Shown here: positions 1 through 12,100 of the stretch, in pieces
Layout: each line of letters begins with the position of its first letter
How positions within the stretch are numbered: the first letter of the stretch is position 1
Assembly (NCBI GenBank): GCA_036785375.1
Contig: JAWMAR010000023.1
Span: forward strand, 11,284,001 to 11,348,000
DNA from: Leucoraja ocellata
Lineage: Eukaryota
DNA length: 64,000 bases
Reading direction: 5' to 3'
Program-made: the position numbers and the translations under genes
The notes under the pieces: generated by a model
Databases searched by the model: none
What the model was told of the DNA's origin: nothing
What the model saw: only the letters and a program-made list of their open reading frames with translations

Positions 1-16
1 TCTGTTAAAATGATAC

Positions 17-172
17 CTCAAGTACTGGTGGGAAATCCTCACTACCAAAGGCATCTAGTAGACCCGAGCTCCTCTGGTAGATAGGGTTGCCAATCAATTC
101 TATCTGCACATTTACAGGATCGATAATGGACAATGCAGTCTCTTGCTCACTGCCAAGTCGACATGAAAACAC
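17..172 (-). CDS. VPS13D: VPS13D coding exon 32 (156 nt)
   Basis: tacag|; VFSCRLGSEQETALSIIDPVNVQIELIGN...SEDFPPVLE; |gtatca. Confidence 0.94.
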
Positions 173-3100
173 CTGTAAATAGGGTAAAATAGCACAGGTT
201 TAGAATCACAATCTGGAACACAAAAGGGGAAAATAAATCTAGCCAGTGTTTGCTGCAGTTTTAAAATATGAAAATATCAATGCAATTTATTTTTTTAAAG
301 TATTGCAGTACATAGTAGACATTTTACAACTCAGGTGACTAACTTTAGTCACATCGATAAGAAAGGAGCAGCAGGAAAAAAGTAGCCCCATGAGGAATGC
401 AACCAGTTCTTTGACTTCAATCCAGCAAGCCCAGAGTTAAATTGAAGTAAACTTCATTATAGGGTCTATGGCTCTATAACTTTTATATTTGATTTTTCTC
501 AATGTGTAAGTGACTGGTATCTCTGGGTTTTGAACCCAAAGTAAACTGTTTTGGAAATAGTGACCGAATGACAAATTAATAATTCATTTGTGATATTAAT
601 CTTTTTTGAATAGGAGTATATTTAGAAAGTTATCTTGATTACACAGTGCAATGCAATATACAACAAAATGACCGTTAACTTGTAAAACAATTTTATTTTC
701 TTCATCATCAGGAATTTTTACCTCAATTCCTCCAAGACTGCCGGAGAAAGGCCGATCTACCAGACGTGGTTTGTAGGTGAGCACAGTCGTGGCCTTCAGA
801 ATGACTGCATTTGTATCATGGCATGACATGTCTTCAACCACTACAAATTCAGTACCTGTGGAAATAATTAGCGTTGGTTCTTTAAGTCATGCTAAATTGG
901 GATTGGAGACAGAAATGATATTTAACCCTTAAACTACACAATTGAAAAAACAATCCCATTCAATGGGAGTAGCGCAAAAGAATGTTACTTTATTTGAGCA
1001 TGATCCATTAAAAAAAAAATTTGGATGCAGGTTGCTTCAAAGACATTTAAATGCTAATGACATGGTGTTGAACTGGTTTGGTAGCCTGTAAAATAATGGT
1101 TTTATCAAGTCAAATTCACTATGTGCTTTAATCAGATTTGACTTATTCAGGTATTGTAAGAAATAGACCACTGAAGACAATAGATGGCATTTTGCACCTC
1201 AGGATACCGCTGACTAATGCATGTACAAACAATTCTGTGAAAGCAGGAATAAAAATTCAAGAAAATATCTTCTGCAACAGATGGCTCAAATTATATTTTG
1301 AATTCAATGAAGGCTCAGCATTGTATAGTTTACCCCACTGAATTATTTTTCATACATGAACTCTTGCAGCCTCAAGATTTTGTGATGAACATAAGTTATG
1401 CGTGTCCGAGCAAGTAAAATGATTGTTAACAAGCGACTTGAAAGCAGTGAGTCCCATTCGCCCGTCAACATCGCATTTGTGCACAGGCCAGCCAATACTG
1501 CCAGCTGGTCCTCATGGTGAAAACTATTGGTAATTTGAATTCTTCCAAGTCCAGATGAATCCATGCTAAATTAATATTTCAACTGCTGTCCAAACACCAC
1601 CACCTAATTCAGGGGAGAGAATTTCAAACTCTGTCCAATGCCTAAGCAGCTGACCACTATACCCAGTGAACGTCTTACAGCTATGACCACAGGAATGGAG
1701 ATTTTAAGGAAATATAAAATTATTCTCCAGATACCTTCAAAAGAAACAGATCTGGGAACATATAGGCATATAAACATGTATTAACTTTCTAAAGATAAAT
1801 TGCAGTTTTTACCGGTTACGTTGATTTTCACTTCCAGGTATTTCTCATTTGGCATTGGCACAGACGAACGTTTTGTGACAACTCCATACTTGACAGTTTT
1901 GGGAATCAACACTTCGCTGCCCACTTTTCGGTCACGCGCTGGCGAGGCATTTTCTGGTTTCTTTGGGCTGTCAGAGGTTTGCAGGAAATCGCGCACAAGC
2001 ATCAACCAATCAAATATGACAAAAACACGGAGGTTATTCAGAACCACTGTGAAACATGAAGCATCTCTGGTCGACCTGGGTAATGACAAATAAAAATTCC
2101 CCACTGAGCAAGGATTCAAGTTATCATCAACAAACAGTGGATTCTTTCATGGAAAGATTCTGCATGCTTACTTTTACTCTTTGATGCTAAACTATTAATT
2201 TTCCTCTGGACAGCATTGACGGGAAGTAGAGGTTGAACAGGAGAAATGGTCAAGGTATCACTTATTTCTAAGGGCCACACCATGGCAGTCTCAAGAGAGC
2301 AAGTAGACCAGGTGAGCCAAAGGTCGTGTTTCCATGCTGTATCCCTAAACTAAAACTAAACTAGAAGCGATGAACACAGCCCAGCCCATCACAGGCTTAT
2401 CACCTCCTTCCATCCAGTTCATTTTCACAGTGGGGAGCATCAGGAAGGCTGGAAGTATGATCAAGAATGCCTGTCACTCCAGCTGGACCCTTTTTTCTCT
2501 ACTAACATCTGGGAGAAGATGCAGGAGATTGAAAGCGTGGAGGTTCAGATATAATAACAGCTTCTTCTCCAGTACTATTCGACTCCTGAACCAAGTACTC
2601 TTTCACACCCCATTCCTGGAGTTCTATGTTCTATGTTCACTGACTCTCAACCATATCTCATTGGTTATTCTGTTGTTGTACTTTTGCGTTGCTTGGATTT
2701 TGCACTCCAATCTTGCACTGTTCTGGTGTTTTGCACTCATCGTTGTATTATCATTGTATTTATTATTACTGTGTGTACACTGTTTGCGAGCTTCATGTGA
2801 ATAAGGAATTTCAAGGAATTCTACTTGTGGTGCATTTAACAAGAACCTTTTCTAATCTAATCAGGAGTTGACGAGGTCTGGGGCAAAACATGATCATATT
2901 GATGGTGGTGCAGGTTTAGGAAGCTGAAAGGCTGCTCCTACTTGTAGCAATGTTACAAAATTTTGAGATTTAAAAAATCAAGTCTGCAATTTATCCCATC
3001 AGATAAAGCATAACAATAAGTTTAATTTGACACCTAATTCACTTTCATATCTCAAGTAATAAAAAAGTTATGGCCATTTTCATACTCGGAAATTAGCATC

Positions 3101-6100
3101 TTGTTCCCTATTGATTTTCTATGGACATAACAAAAATGCTGTGACCGTGGACAGTCAAAAGTCCATAACCTTCTTAAAAATTAAGAGAACTGAAAGAAAT
3201 TTTCAGTTATCATAGATTGAAGCATTCTGAAACAAATATAAAATAATCTTACTTGGATGACCTGAAATTAAAGCATATAATTAGTTAGTTACCCAATTGT
3301 AGCTAATTGCAAACTTCAATTACTAGATCTAAACATCTATCCATTTCTTAATAAATGATTAACATTTTTAAATAGCCCAAGTGTCCAAATAATATTCACA
3401 AATAATTCACAATAAAACATGATTTTTAAATCTCATTTACATCAATTTATAGGCCAAATGGAAGGAATTTAGTGTTCAATTGCTGTAAAAGTCAATTTAA
3501 ATCAGCTTTCTAGTGGGTTCCTGTGAACGCGCTGGTTTAGAACGTTCACATTGCGCTGGATTTGTGCCCTCAAATGCCCCATTTAATGTAAAAGAAGCCC
3601 CATTTAATGTAAAGAAGCCCCATTTAATGTAAAAATAAGGTACATACCTTTAATTGTTTGCTTTATAAAACCCTGGGGCTGCGAGAGGTTGCGAGTTTAG
3701 AGAGTGATTTTTAAACTACTATAACTATTATACAAGGCCATAAAAACTAATAATACCTTTTGCGACGGGGTCTTTCAGCGATTTTCCATTAATGATTTAC
3801 TAGGCTGAACATTTTCGATTGCAACAGCCTAGTAAAAATCGCGTTTTAAACCCGCCCCCTCTAAACAGTGCCAAAATCGCGCACACGGGGTAGGGCAGAT
3901 GCTCAGCCACGATTCAGGTAGGTTTTGTAACATACCTACTACTTGTGTTATTCTAATGTTTCTTAAAAATATGTTAACTTACACAGGATACAGTTCTTAT
4001 GGGTACTGATGGTCTTGCCAATAAATTATGAAAATACCCACTGTTCATTTATAAACAACAACTAGCCTACGCTGGATACTCATTCATTGGGAATGTCACA
4101 ATTGAGCCTGACCTGTCATTATGAGATATTCACAGAGATTTCAGCTTGGTCCCATTTCTAATCATAGATATGAAAAAACGGTATTAGTTGCAATGCTAAA
4201 TCAGCTATATTGTTTGTCACCTGTAATGTAGTTCCATTTGCAAGGAAGCTTGGTTGCTACCACTTTTTGACGCATCCAAAATGCATCGAAACGCGTTAGT
4301 TTTAAGGTCTGGGTTGTTTGCTTGTCCAGCGCTTCGTGTGTCATGAGCCATCATTGAGTGGGAGACCAGATTTACAGACTTTGTCGTGTTTGAAAAACTC
4401 TCATAAAGTAGCTTCGACTTTTTGAAATCAAACCTGAAAAATAAATAGTTGATCTAATTCATAAACTCAGCAAGATTTATTTCACAGTACATCTTCCAGT
4501 GATTTAAACAGGTGATATTCACGTTAAAATCCTTACATTGAATCATAGTTCAGCAAGGGAAGCTAATGATCAACTGATTTCAAGATGGTTCTGTTCAAGA
4601 GTAATCCAGCCGATCACACCCACTCGCCACAGTACTTATTCAGTTTCCTGTCTGAACACCATAGTCACATCTGCTTCTTTTGCCCCTTCGGACCGTGCAT
4701 TCCAAATCATTCATGTTGGACGGGTGCTCTTCCATTTGAACCTTCAGTCTGATACAGAATTCACTCGGCCGCCAGTCTATAAATGTCCAATTATCATGAA
4801 AACTGCCTCCGTCAATTGTCTATCGCGATACCGTCCTTCCTGTGGCAGCGCAGAACCCTCAGGAGTGCATCACAAATCCTCGGCTTGTTCTGGTGGGAAC
4901 AATTCCCCGCTGCAACCAATTGCTTTTACTCCTTCCCAAATCAACGTATATTTATAAAAATCTGGAAACGGTACAAATTTCAAGTCCAATTTGGCATGCG
5001 TGCCTTGATTCAACCATCTGCCTTCTAACTCTTCTTCAATCAAGGATTCCATTGCTATTTGATCCATGGTTTCAACACATGCACAGGATTAATCTCAATG
5101 TACAAATTTGATACCAATTTTATTCATAACCCACAGACATATCACAATGGAAGGTTTAGTTTATTGTCACTTGTACCGAGTTATTCTCAGTTATTCTTCT
5201 GCAATTTGCCCGATTCAAGGAGCCCAATATAAGGGGCGTGACAGGGGAGAACTACATGTACAAATAGCAGCAAATACCTTGCTAGTGAACTGCTGCTTGC
5301 GTTCTTGCCCTTTGACCCGAGAAGCTCCAAGCTAACATTCATCATGTCGATGAGAAACGACATGTTCGTGTATACCTCTCCGGTGAGAACAGTCTGAGAA
5401 GACCAGAAACAATTAAAATAAACAAAATGCCTGAAAAGAATATTAGAAACCTTGTTCATCAACATTTTTTGCCAAAACCTGAATGGTTTCTGTTACACGT
5501 TTGCATGTTTTAGCTGACAATTTGCTGGGCTTGGGAACTCATATTGCCTTGGTGAGGGAATATTGCACCTGGGCCTCAGTGTACAAGCCAAACAAATAAA
5601 CATCAGTAAAGTGACCGAGTACCAAAAGGTCCAAGGAAGGAAGCAGGGGTAGATCAGAGTGGGTGAATTCAAAGTTCAAATTAGTATACAACTATAGAGT
5701 AAGGGGGGAGGGCGAAGGTTTAATGGAGATGTGTGGGGCAAGTTATTTTATACACAGAGCAATGGGGGCCTGGAATGCATTGCGCCAGGGGTGGTGGTGG
5801 AGGCAGATTCGAAAGTGGCGTTTAAGATCGGCAAATGGAAGTACAGGGGATAGAGGGAGATGAGATCAGTTTAACTTGTCATCATGTTTTGGCATAAATA
5901 TTGTGGGCCAGAGGGCCTGTTCATGTTCTGTTCTATGTTCTTAAATATAAAATATTATTAAAGGGGGGGTGGGGAGGGGAAAGAGAGTGCAAGGGAGAAT
6001 GTGAAGGACAAAGAGGAAAATATGGCACAGGAGAATGGGGTAGATTGGCATGGGAACAAAGAGCCTGCAGGAATGAGATTCATTTAAGCCATGCCTTTAA

Positions 6101-9100
6101 CTTGGTCCATTTCCTACCCCAAATATTTCTAGATCCTGTTATGTTATACTTACATGTATGCTGGGGTCCTGCAAATCAAATGGCCTCATGAACTCTTCAA
6201 TAGGCTCCCCTAAATTGTTCTGTATTAATCCACGGATTAACTTGTATTTACCAAGGTCCAAAGAGCAATGGACTGATGAGAGACTGCCATGGATGGCCAT
6301 ATCAGGGACTGCATGGCTGATCTCCCTGAGTGAACAGAAGGATAGTCATAAGAAGGCACAGTACAGCTGGTGCGAAATCTCATTCTGAGCATCTTCAGAG
6401 ATGGCTCATCAATGTAAAATATGATAAATGGAACAATGGGAGGTTCAGTTCTTTTATCGTCTAGGTTTTATAAAATGGCATCTCAGGCCTTTTATCCAGC
6501 CCTACCATTTGCTGTGATGGATAAGCAACTGTTGGGAAAACTAAATTTAAGCAAAACTTCAAAAAATGTAAATACTTTGTAAATCAGAATATTTCCACCT
6601 CTCTCGTCATCTCAAACCCTTTCATTATTCAACCTCCACTCTGTAATTATCAAAGTTTCTCGTTTAAAGAGTTAAATGTATGCACTGCAATCCTCCAATA
6701 GCTTATTCAATACCTCCATATGCAATTTATAGTCGATGCCAACTATTTTGTCCTCACTACTTTTGAACAAAATAAGTAACTTCCAATTTGTTTTAAAAAG
6801 CACAGTAAATTTATAATTGTTAGCAAATGTCTGCGCAATAATTTTCACAGTGAAGCTCCTTCCCCACTGTCTACTGTCTTCTTTATGTTATTGATCAGCT
6901 AGTAAATTGCACGGAGCAATGTCAGATGGAATTGCAAAGTGCGAGGACATACACTCATCATTGTAGAGCCTGGGGAAGTATGGAGGAACAATTTAGAGGT
7001 CGTTTCATCAGGCAGGAAAGAACAAACACTTACTTATCCAGGTTACGTTCAACCTGCAGTTTCAGACAGCATCGTTCTTTCAGCAGGTTCCCATCAAGAT
7101 GTCTGACCAGATAGGATGGGAAATGCAGGTCTGAAGCACTGCTCTCAGGCCTTCCAGCACGCTCCCTGGGATGTCTCTCTGCAGTGAAGATATCCATGTC
7201 TTGTAGGTCAACCACAATGCAATCTAGCAGGCAGATATGCTCTTCTGAAAAAAAGGAAGTATTTGCACTAAAACCTTGGATATATTTCAAATTTGTACAC
7301 CGAGTAACAGGCGAACATTTCTCAAAATAATATTCCTTTGCAAATGATTTGCAAGTGAATAGAAGATGTCGGCTTATCACATTTTCATATTATCTCTAGC
7401 CTGCTTTCCAAGATTAAAACATTTTTTGCAACTTGCTTTATTACCCTCGGATTCCTTTAGCTCCACAATCTGAGGTTGAGCATGTTGCCCTTCTTCCTGT
7501 GTTTTCTGTTTTGCTCCTGCTTCAGATTCACACCGTGGCATATTATGAAGAGGTTCTCTGGAGCAACCAGCACCAGAGCCAAGTTTGTCTGGTCTGCAAA
7601 GAATGGATAGAGGATCTGATGTGGTGCTCGTTGTCGTCTTCTGATTTACTATTTCTTCAGATGGAAAGTTCGCGGGTTCCTGGCATGAAAGAACCAAAGG
7701 TTTGAGGAGGCAACAACAAAGCACAGATGAAAGGCAAAAACACAGCATCACTGTATGTTTAAAATATGTAACCTATCCAAATGTACATTTGAAAGATTAT
7801 AATGTAAATTAATTGCTGATTTAACCATTTGACCTTATTGCAGCAAACCTGGATTATCTCCCATTATCAGTCATGTTGGTTGGATCTACTACATCCTAAT
7901 GTATCTAGATACAGCTCATGGAGTTAATGGAATCAAGGGATAAGGGGAAAAAGCAAGAACGGGGTACTGATTTTGGATGATCAGCCATGATCATATTAAA
8001 TGGTGGTGCTGGCTCGAAGGGCCGAATGGCCTCCTCCTGCGCCTACTTTCTATGTTTTTCACATAATTAGAGGTGAGTGAATCACATCCCGAGCAAAATC
8101 CTGACTAGAGATAACCAAATTACTGGTATACTTATTAACTCAAAAATATAATTCCTAGGGCCAGAGAGATCAATGAACCCAGGAAGATAAAATACATTTC
8201 AAATGCTCACAAAATCATTAAACATTGAATTTTTCTGCACTTTTTCCATGCCTGGTTACAAGGTACCAAACAGTGCATTTGGATGAACTATTTTGGTATC
8301 CAACCTTTTTAAAGCTGGAAATAACAAATGGATAAAGAGGATTACAGGTTTACATATTTTAAAATTCAGTTGTGCTTATTAAACAAAAAACTCATCAAAA
8401 AATACAGATCACTCCCAATTTAAATAATGCAGACTTACAATTTTATATATTTGGTAATCTTTCTTCATAAAGCCAAAGAAAAAGCACTGTGCCACCTTCG
8501 GGGATGAACAGTGAATTCTTTATCTTCAGGTGATCTAATTTCACATTGTTCCCCGACCAATCACACTTATATCAATTTCTCACCGTTTCTTTTAAATGCC
8601 TCATTAATGGTCAGTTCTTATGTTCGTGACCTGTCATAACTTGGATAAATCTGGAGAAAGGTCTTGACCTGAAACATCACTTATCCATGCCTTCCAGAAA
8701 TGCTGCCTGACTTACTAAGTTACTCCAGCAGTTTGTGTCTTTAATTTGGAAAACAGCATCTGCTGTTCCTCATTTAGTTATTTTAGTTTAGTTTAGAGAT
8801 ATGGCACAGAAACAGGCCCTTCGGCCTACCGAGTCCACATTGACCAGCGATCCTCGCCCATTAACACTATACAATACTAGGGACAATTTTTACATATAGA
8901 TATACCAAACCAATTAACCTACAAACCTGTGCGTCTTTGGATTGTGGGAGGGAACAGAAAGTCTCGGAGAAAACCCACATGGTCACGGGGAGAACGTACA
9001 AACGCCATACAGGTGAGCACCCGTAGCCAGGATCGAACTCGGGTCTTTGGCTCTGTAAATGATGTAAGGCAGCAACTCTACTGCTGCGCCACAACCTATC

Positions 9101-12100
9101 TGTGTGTGTCTTACCCCTGCCCACCTTCACCTAGTTCTGAGGAAGGGTTGTTGGTTTGAAATATTGTCAGGCTTTCTTTCCACACATGCTGCTTGAATGA
9201 CTGAGTTCTTGCAGCATTTCCGTTCTTACTGCAAAATACTATGAGTGCTGGAAATCTTAAATTAAAGCAGAACATGCTGCAAATACTCAGACGATTAAAC
9301 GGAGTATGTCCAGTGCTTCCAATTACTAATTCTTTCCAGGTGGCGTTATATTATCATTTTAGTGCTTGTTGCTAAAATGGCAGCAAAAATACAATGAACA
9401 ATTAGAGGAAGTTAGAAAAGGGCATTATAAAGATTGGCTATTTTGCTATTTATAGTATATACTACCCAGCAACTATGGGCATGTTCAGTCTGAAGAAGAG
9501 CCAAAACCCAAAACACTGTCTGCCCATTTCTTTCCAGAGGTGCTGCCTGACCCATTGAGTTCCTCCAGCACTTTGCTTTTCATTCAAGATTTCAGCATCT
9601 ATAGTCTCTTGTGCCTCCACTCTGTTAATTCTATCAGGCTCACAAAAGGAAAACCACTATTTGTGAAGGGTGTGAAGTAAGCACGGCAACCATTATACAA
9701 ACCCTTGCATGAAATGCTAGTCAAAGATTTAAAAAAGGCTTCATGCTGCAGCCATATCCTTCCTGTTTTAAATTGATTGCAGTGTACAATTACCGACTAA
9801 AATGACAGAGCTTACAGCGACACGGTGCTCCCTTGGTCAGAAGAATCTGAATATGATACTGTTCCTCTAGTTTCAGCCAGTTCATTCCAAGAATGCAAAC
9901 CATGTATTTTTGTTTACATTGAAGAATATCTGGGTTTCATGTGATTGTGGCGATTACAGGTATTAGTGCATTACTGTAGCCAGTGAAATTCTTTGGTAGA
10001 TTAATGTAAATTTATTTTTAAACCGCTCTCAACGACTTCATCCATTTGCAGTATAGCTATAATCTGATCTCAGGCCAGTCCAATATATTGATTAGATTAT
10101 ATTATGGCACTATGCTCTGACAACAGAGCGTTAGGTTATATCGGCTCAGAAGCCATCTCTTCAGCAAACAATGAATGGAAAATAAATAGAACAATGTCAA
10201 GATAAAATATAGCAAGCTTATGTTCCACATCTTGGGCAACTTAAAATCGGTTACTAGAGCACTTTAAAAAAGAAAAGTGAAGAAAATGCAAGTGACTGTC
10301 AGTTTATTACATAATAAGATAAAAACGACCAGGCTTTCATTATCCTTTAGGAAAGCATGCACTCCATTAGGCAGGAGAGATGTTCCAAGCTAGTATTTAC
10401 ACACAGATTTAAAAATAAAATCACCACAAGGAAAATAGTAGGAAGATAGATGTTTATCAGGCACAAAAGCACGTCTTATAATAGCAGCAGGTTGCACACC
10501 CATCCTCTGTAGTTCAGTGCATTGATGCATGCCTGCAGAAGTGGTGGCATTTTCACTACAATCCAATACAAGCTATGTCATACAATGATTAAAGCTAATA
10601 AACAATAATCACTTCATCAGCCAACTTTAACAAAGCAACAAGTTCTCTTGTACTGAGTGCTGGTCCATAAACATGCAAATTGTTGTGTTTGCAGATTGGA
10701 AATGGAATTATAAAATGGAAGGTTATGAAGTCCCTTCGTTAGGGAAGCTGTCCATGGACCAAATGACAGCAGAAATAAATCTGTTTTAACTGTGCAAGTA
10801 AAATAATATTTAAATTAAGTAAATTGTGCAAGGTAGTCCTGACTAACTTCAGGATCAACTAAATGGAAACAATTATGTAGTGGCGACAGGTACATCTGGG
10901 ATTCATGTAATAATTCAGATTTATCTGGTCAACTATACACCCAGAGCATAACATTACATATCTACATATGTGTTATTGTGCTATTCTTGCTTACACTCTT
11001 AATGTATTTGGTTACTTTTGTGTACCACAGGGCATTTACATAAATCATTTTCATGAAAGTTAAGAGTCCAACTAGAAAATAACTGTATATTTAGGGAAAC
11101 TCATGAGATTGTAATGAATTCATTTGAAATGGGTTGGTCACAGCAGTAATCTGTCTTTATATAGTATTTTTAACATTGTAACACAGGCAATAGAATAGAA
11201 TGCCATTTATTGTCATTCAAACAGACATAGTTCGAAAGGAATTCCGCCGCTCGAACCATGTCTGTTTGAATGACAATAAATGCCATTCTATTCTATTCTA
11301 TTCTTCTATTCTAATACATGGCTGGTCAAAGGGAAAATTTGCATCTGCATCTAAGAAGAGGAGACAGAGATATGGAGGTGAAGCAATTTAGAGAGCAAAT
11401 TCCAGAGTTCTGGCTATGTCCAGGCCACCACCAATTCAACAAGTAAAATTGAGAGTACAGAAGACCAGAAATAGAAGAATGCAGATGTACCACAAATTAT
11501 CGGTGAACAGAAGGTGATTATGAAGTGTTCTTTCGTGAGCAGAATTTTTGATAACTTCATGTTTAGAGGGTGGAATGCTGGAAGTTACCCGGGATGAGAA
11601 TTTTAGCAGAAGGCATACTGAGGTAGAATTATATTAAACTGACTATACAGGGCAACGATCAGCTTGCACATAATTTCCATTGGTGGTACTGATATAATAC
11701 AGAGAAGAAACACAACTGATTCAGGTGCAATCAGGGACAGTGTTTTTTTTAATTTCTATCTCATACCAGAGTTAAAATGTATTTACTGTTGTCACCAAAT
11801 GGTTTAACAAGAATTGTTATGCCAGTTTATACGGTCATTGCAGCCTAATCTGTGATAACTCAATGAATTATCCTGGTTTCACAGAAGCTGACTGGGGAAT
11901 CACTGCAGTGGCACGGGTTATTGATTGCACCTATTTTCTATCTATCTATCTATGATTCACGAGGGACATTCAACTCTATATTAAAAACTACAGAGAACAC
12001 AAGGCAATTTTCATGCAGGTGCCTGAAACACGAGCAGTCAGTTCAAACTGGTGCAGGACACCTCTTAAATACATCACATGCAGGAAATAGGGTCAAACCA

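Noticed and set aside
3576-3635. CRISPR-like array
   Set aside because: Contiguous tandem repeats without spacers, in vertebrate DNA.
10330-10389. 60-nt in-frame candidate exon (LGTSLLPNGVHAFLKDNESL)
   Set aside because: Very weak donor (CTG|gtcgtt) and mediocre acceptor.
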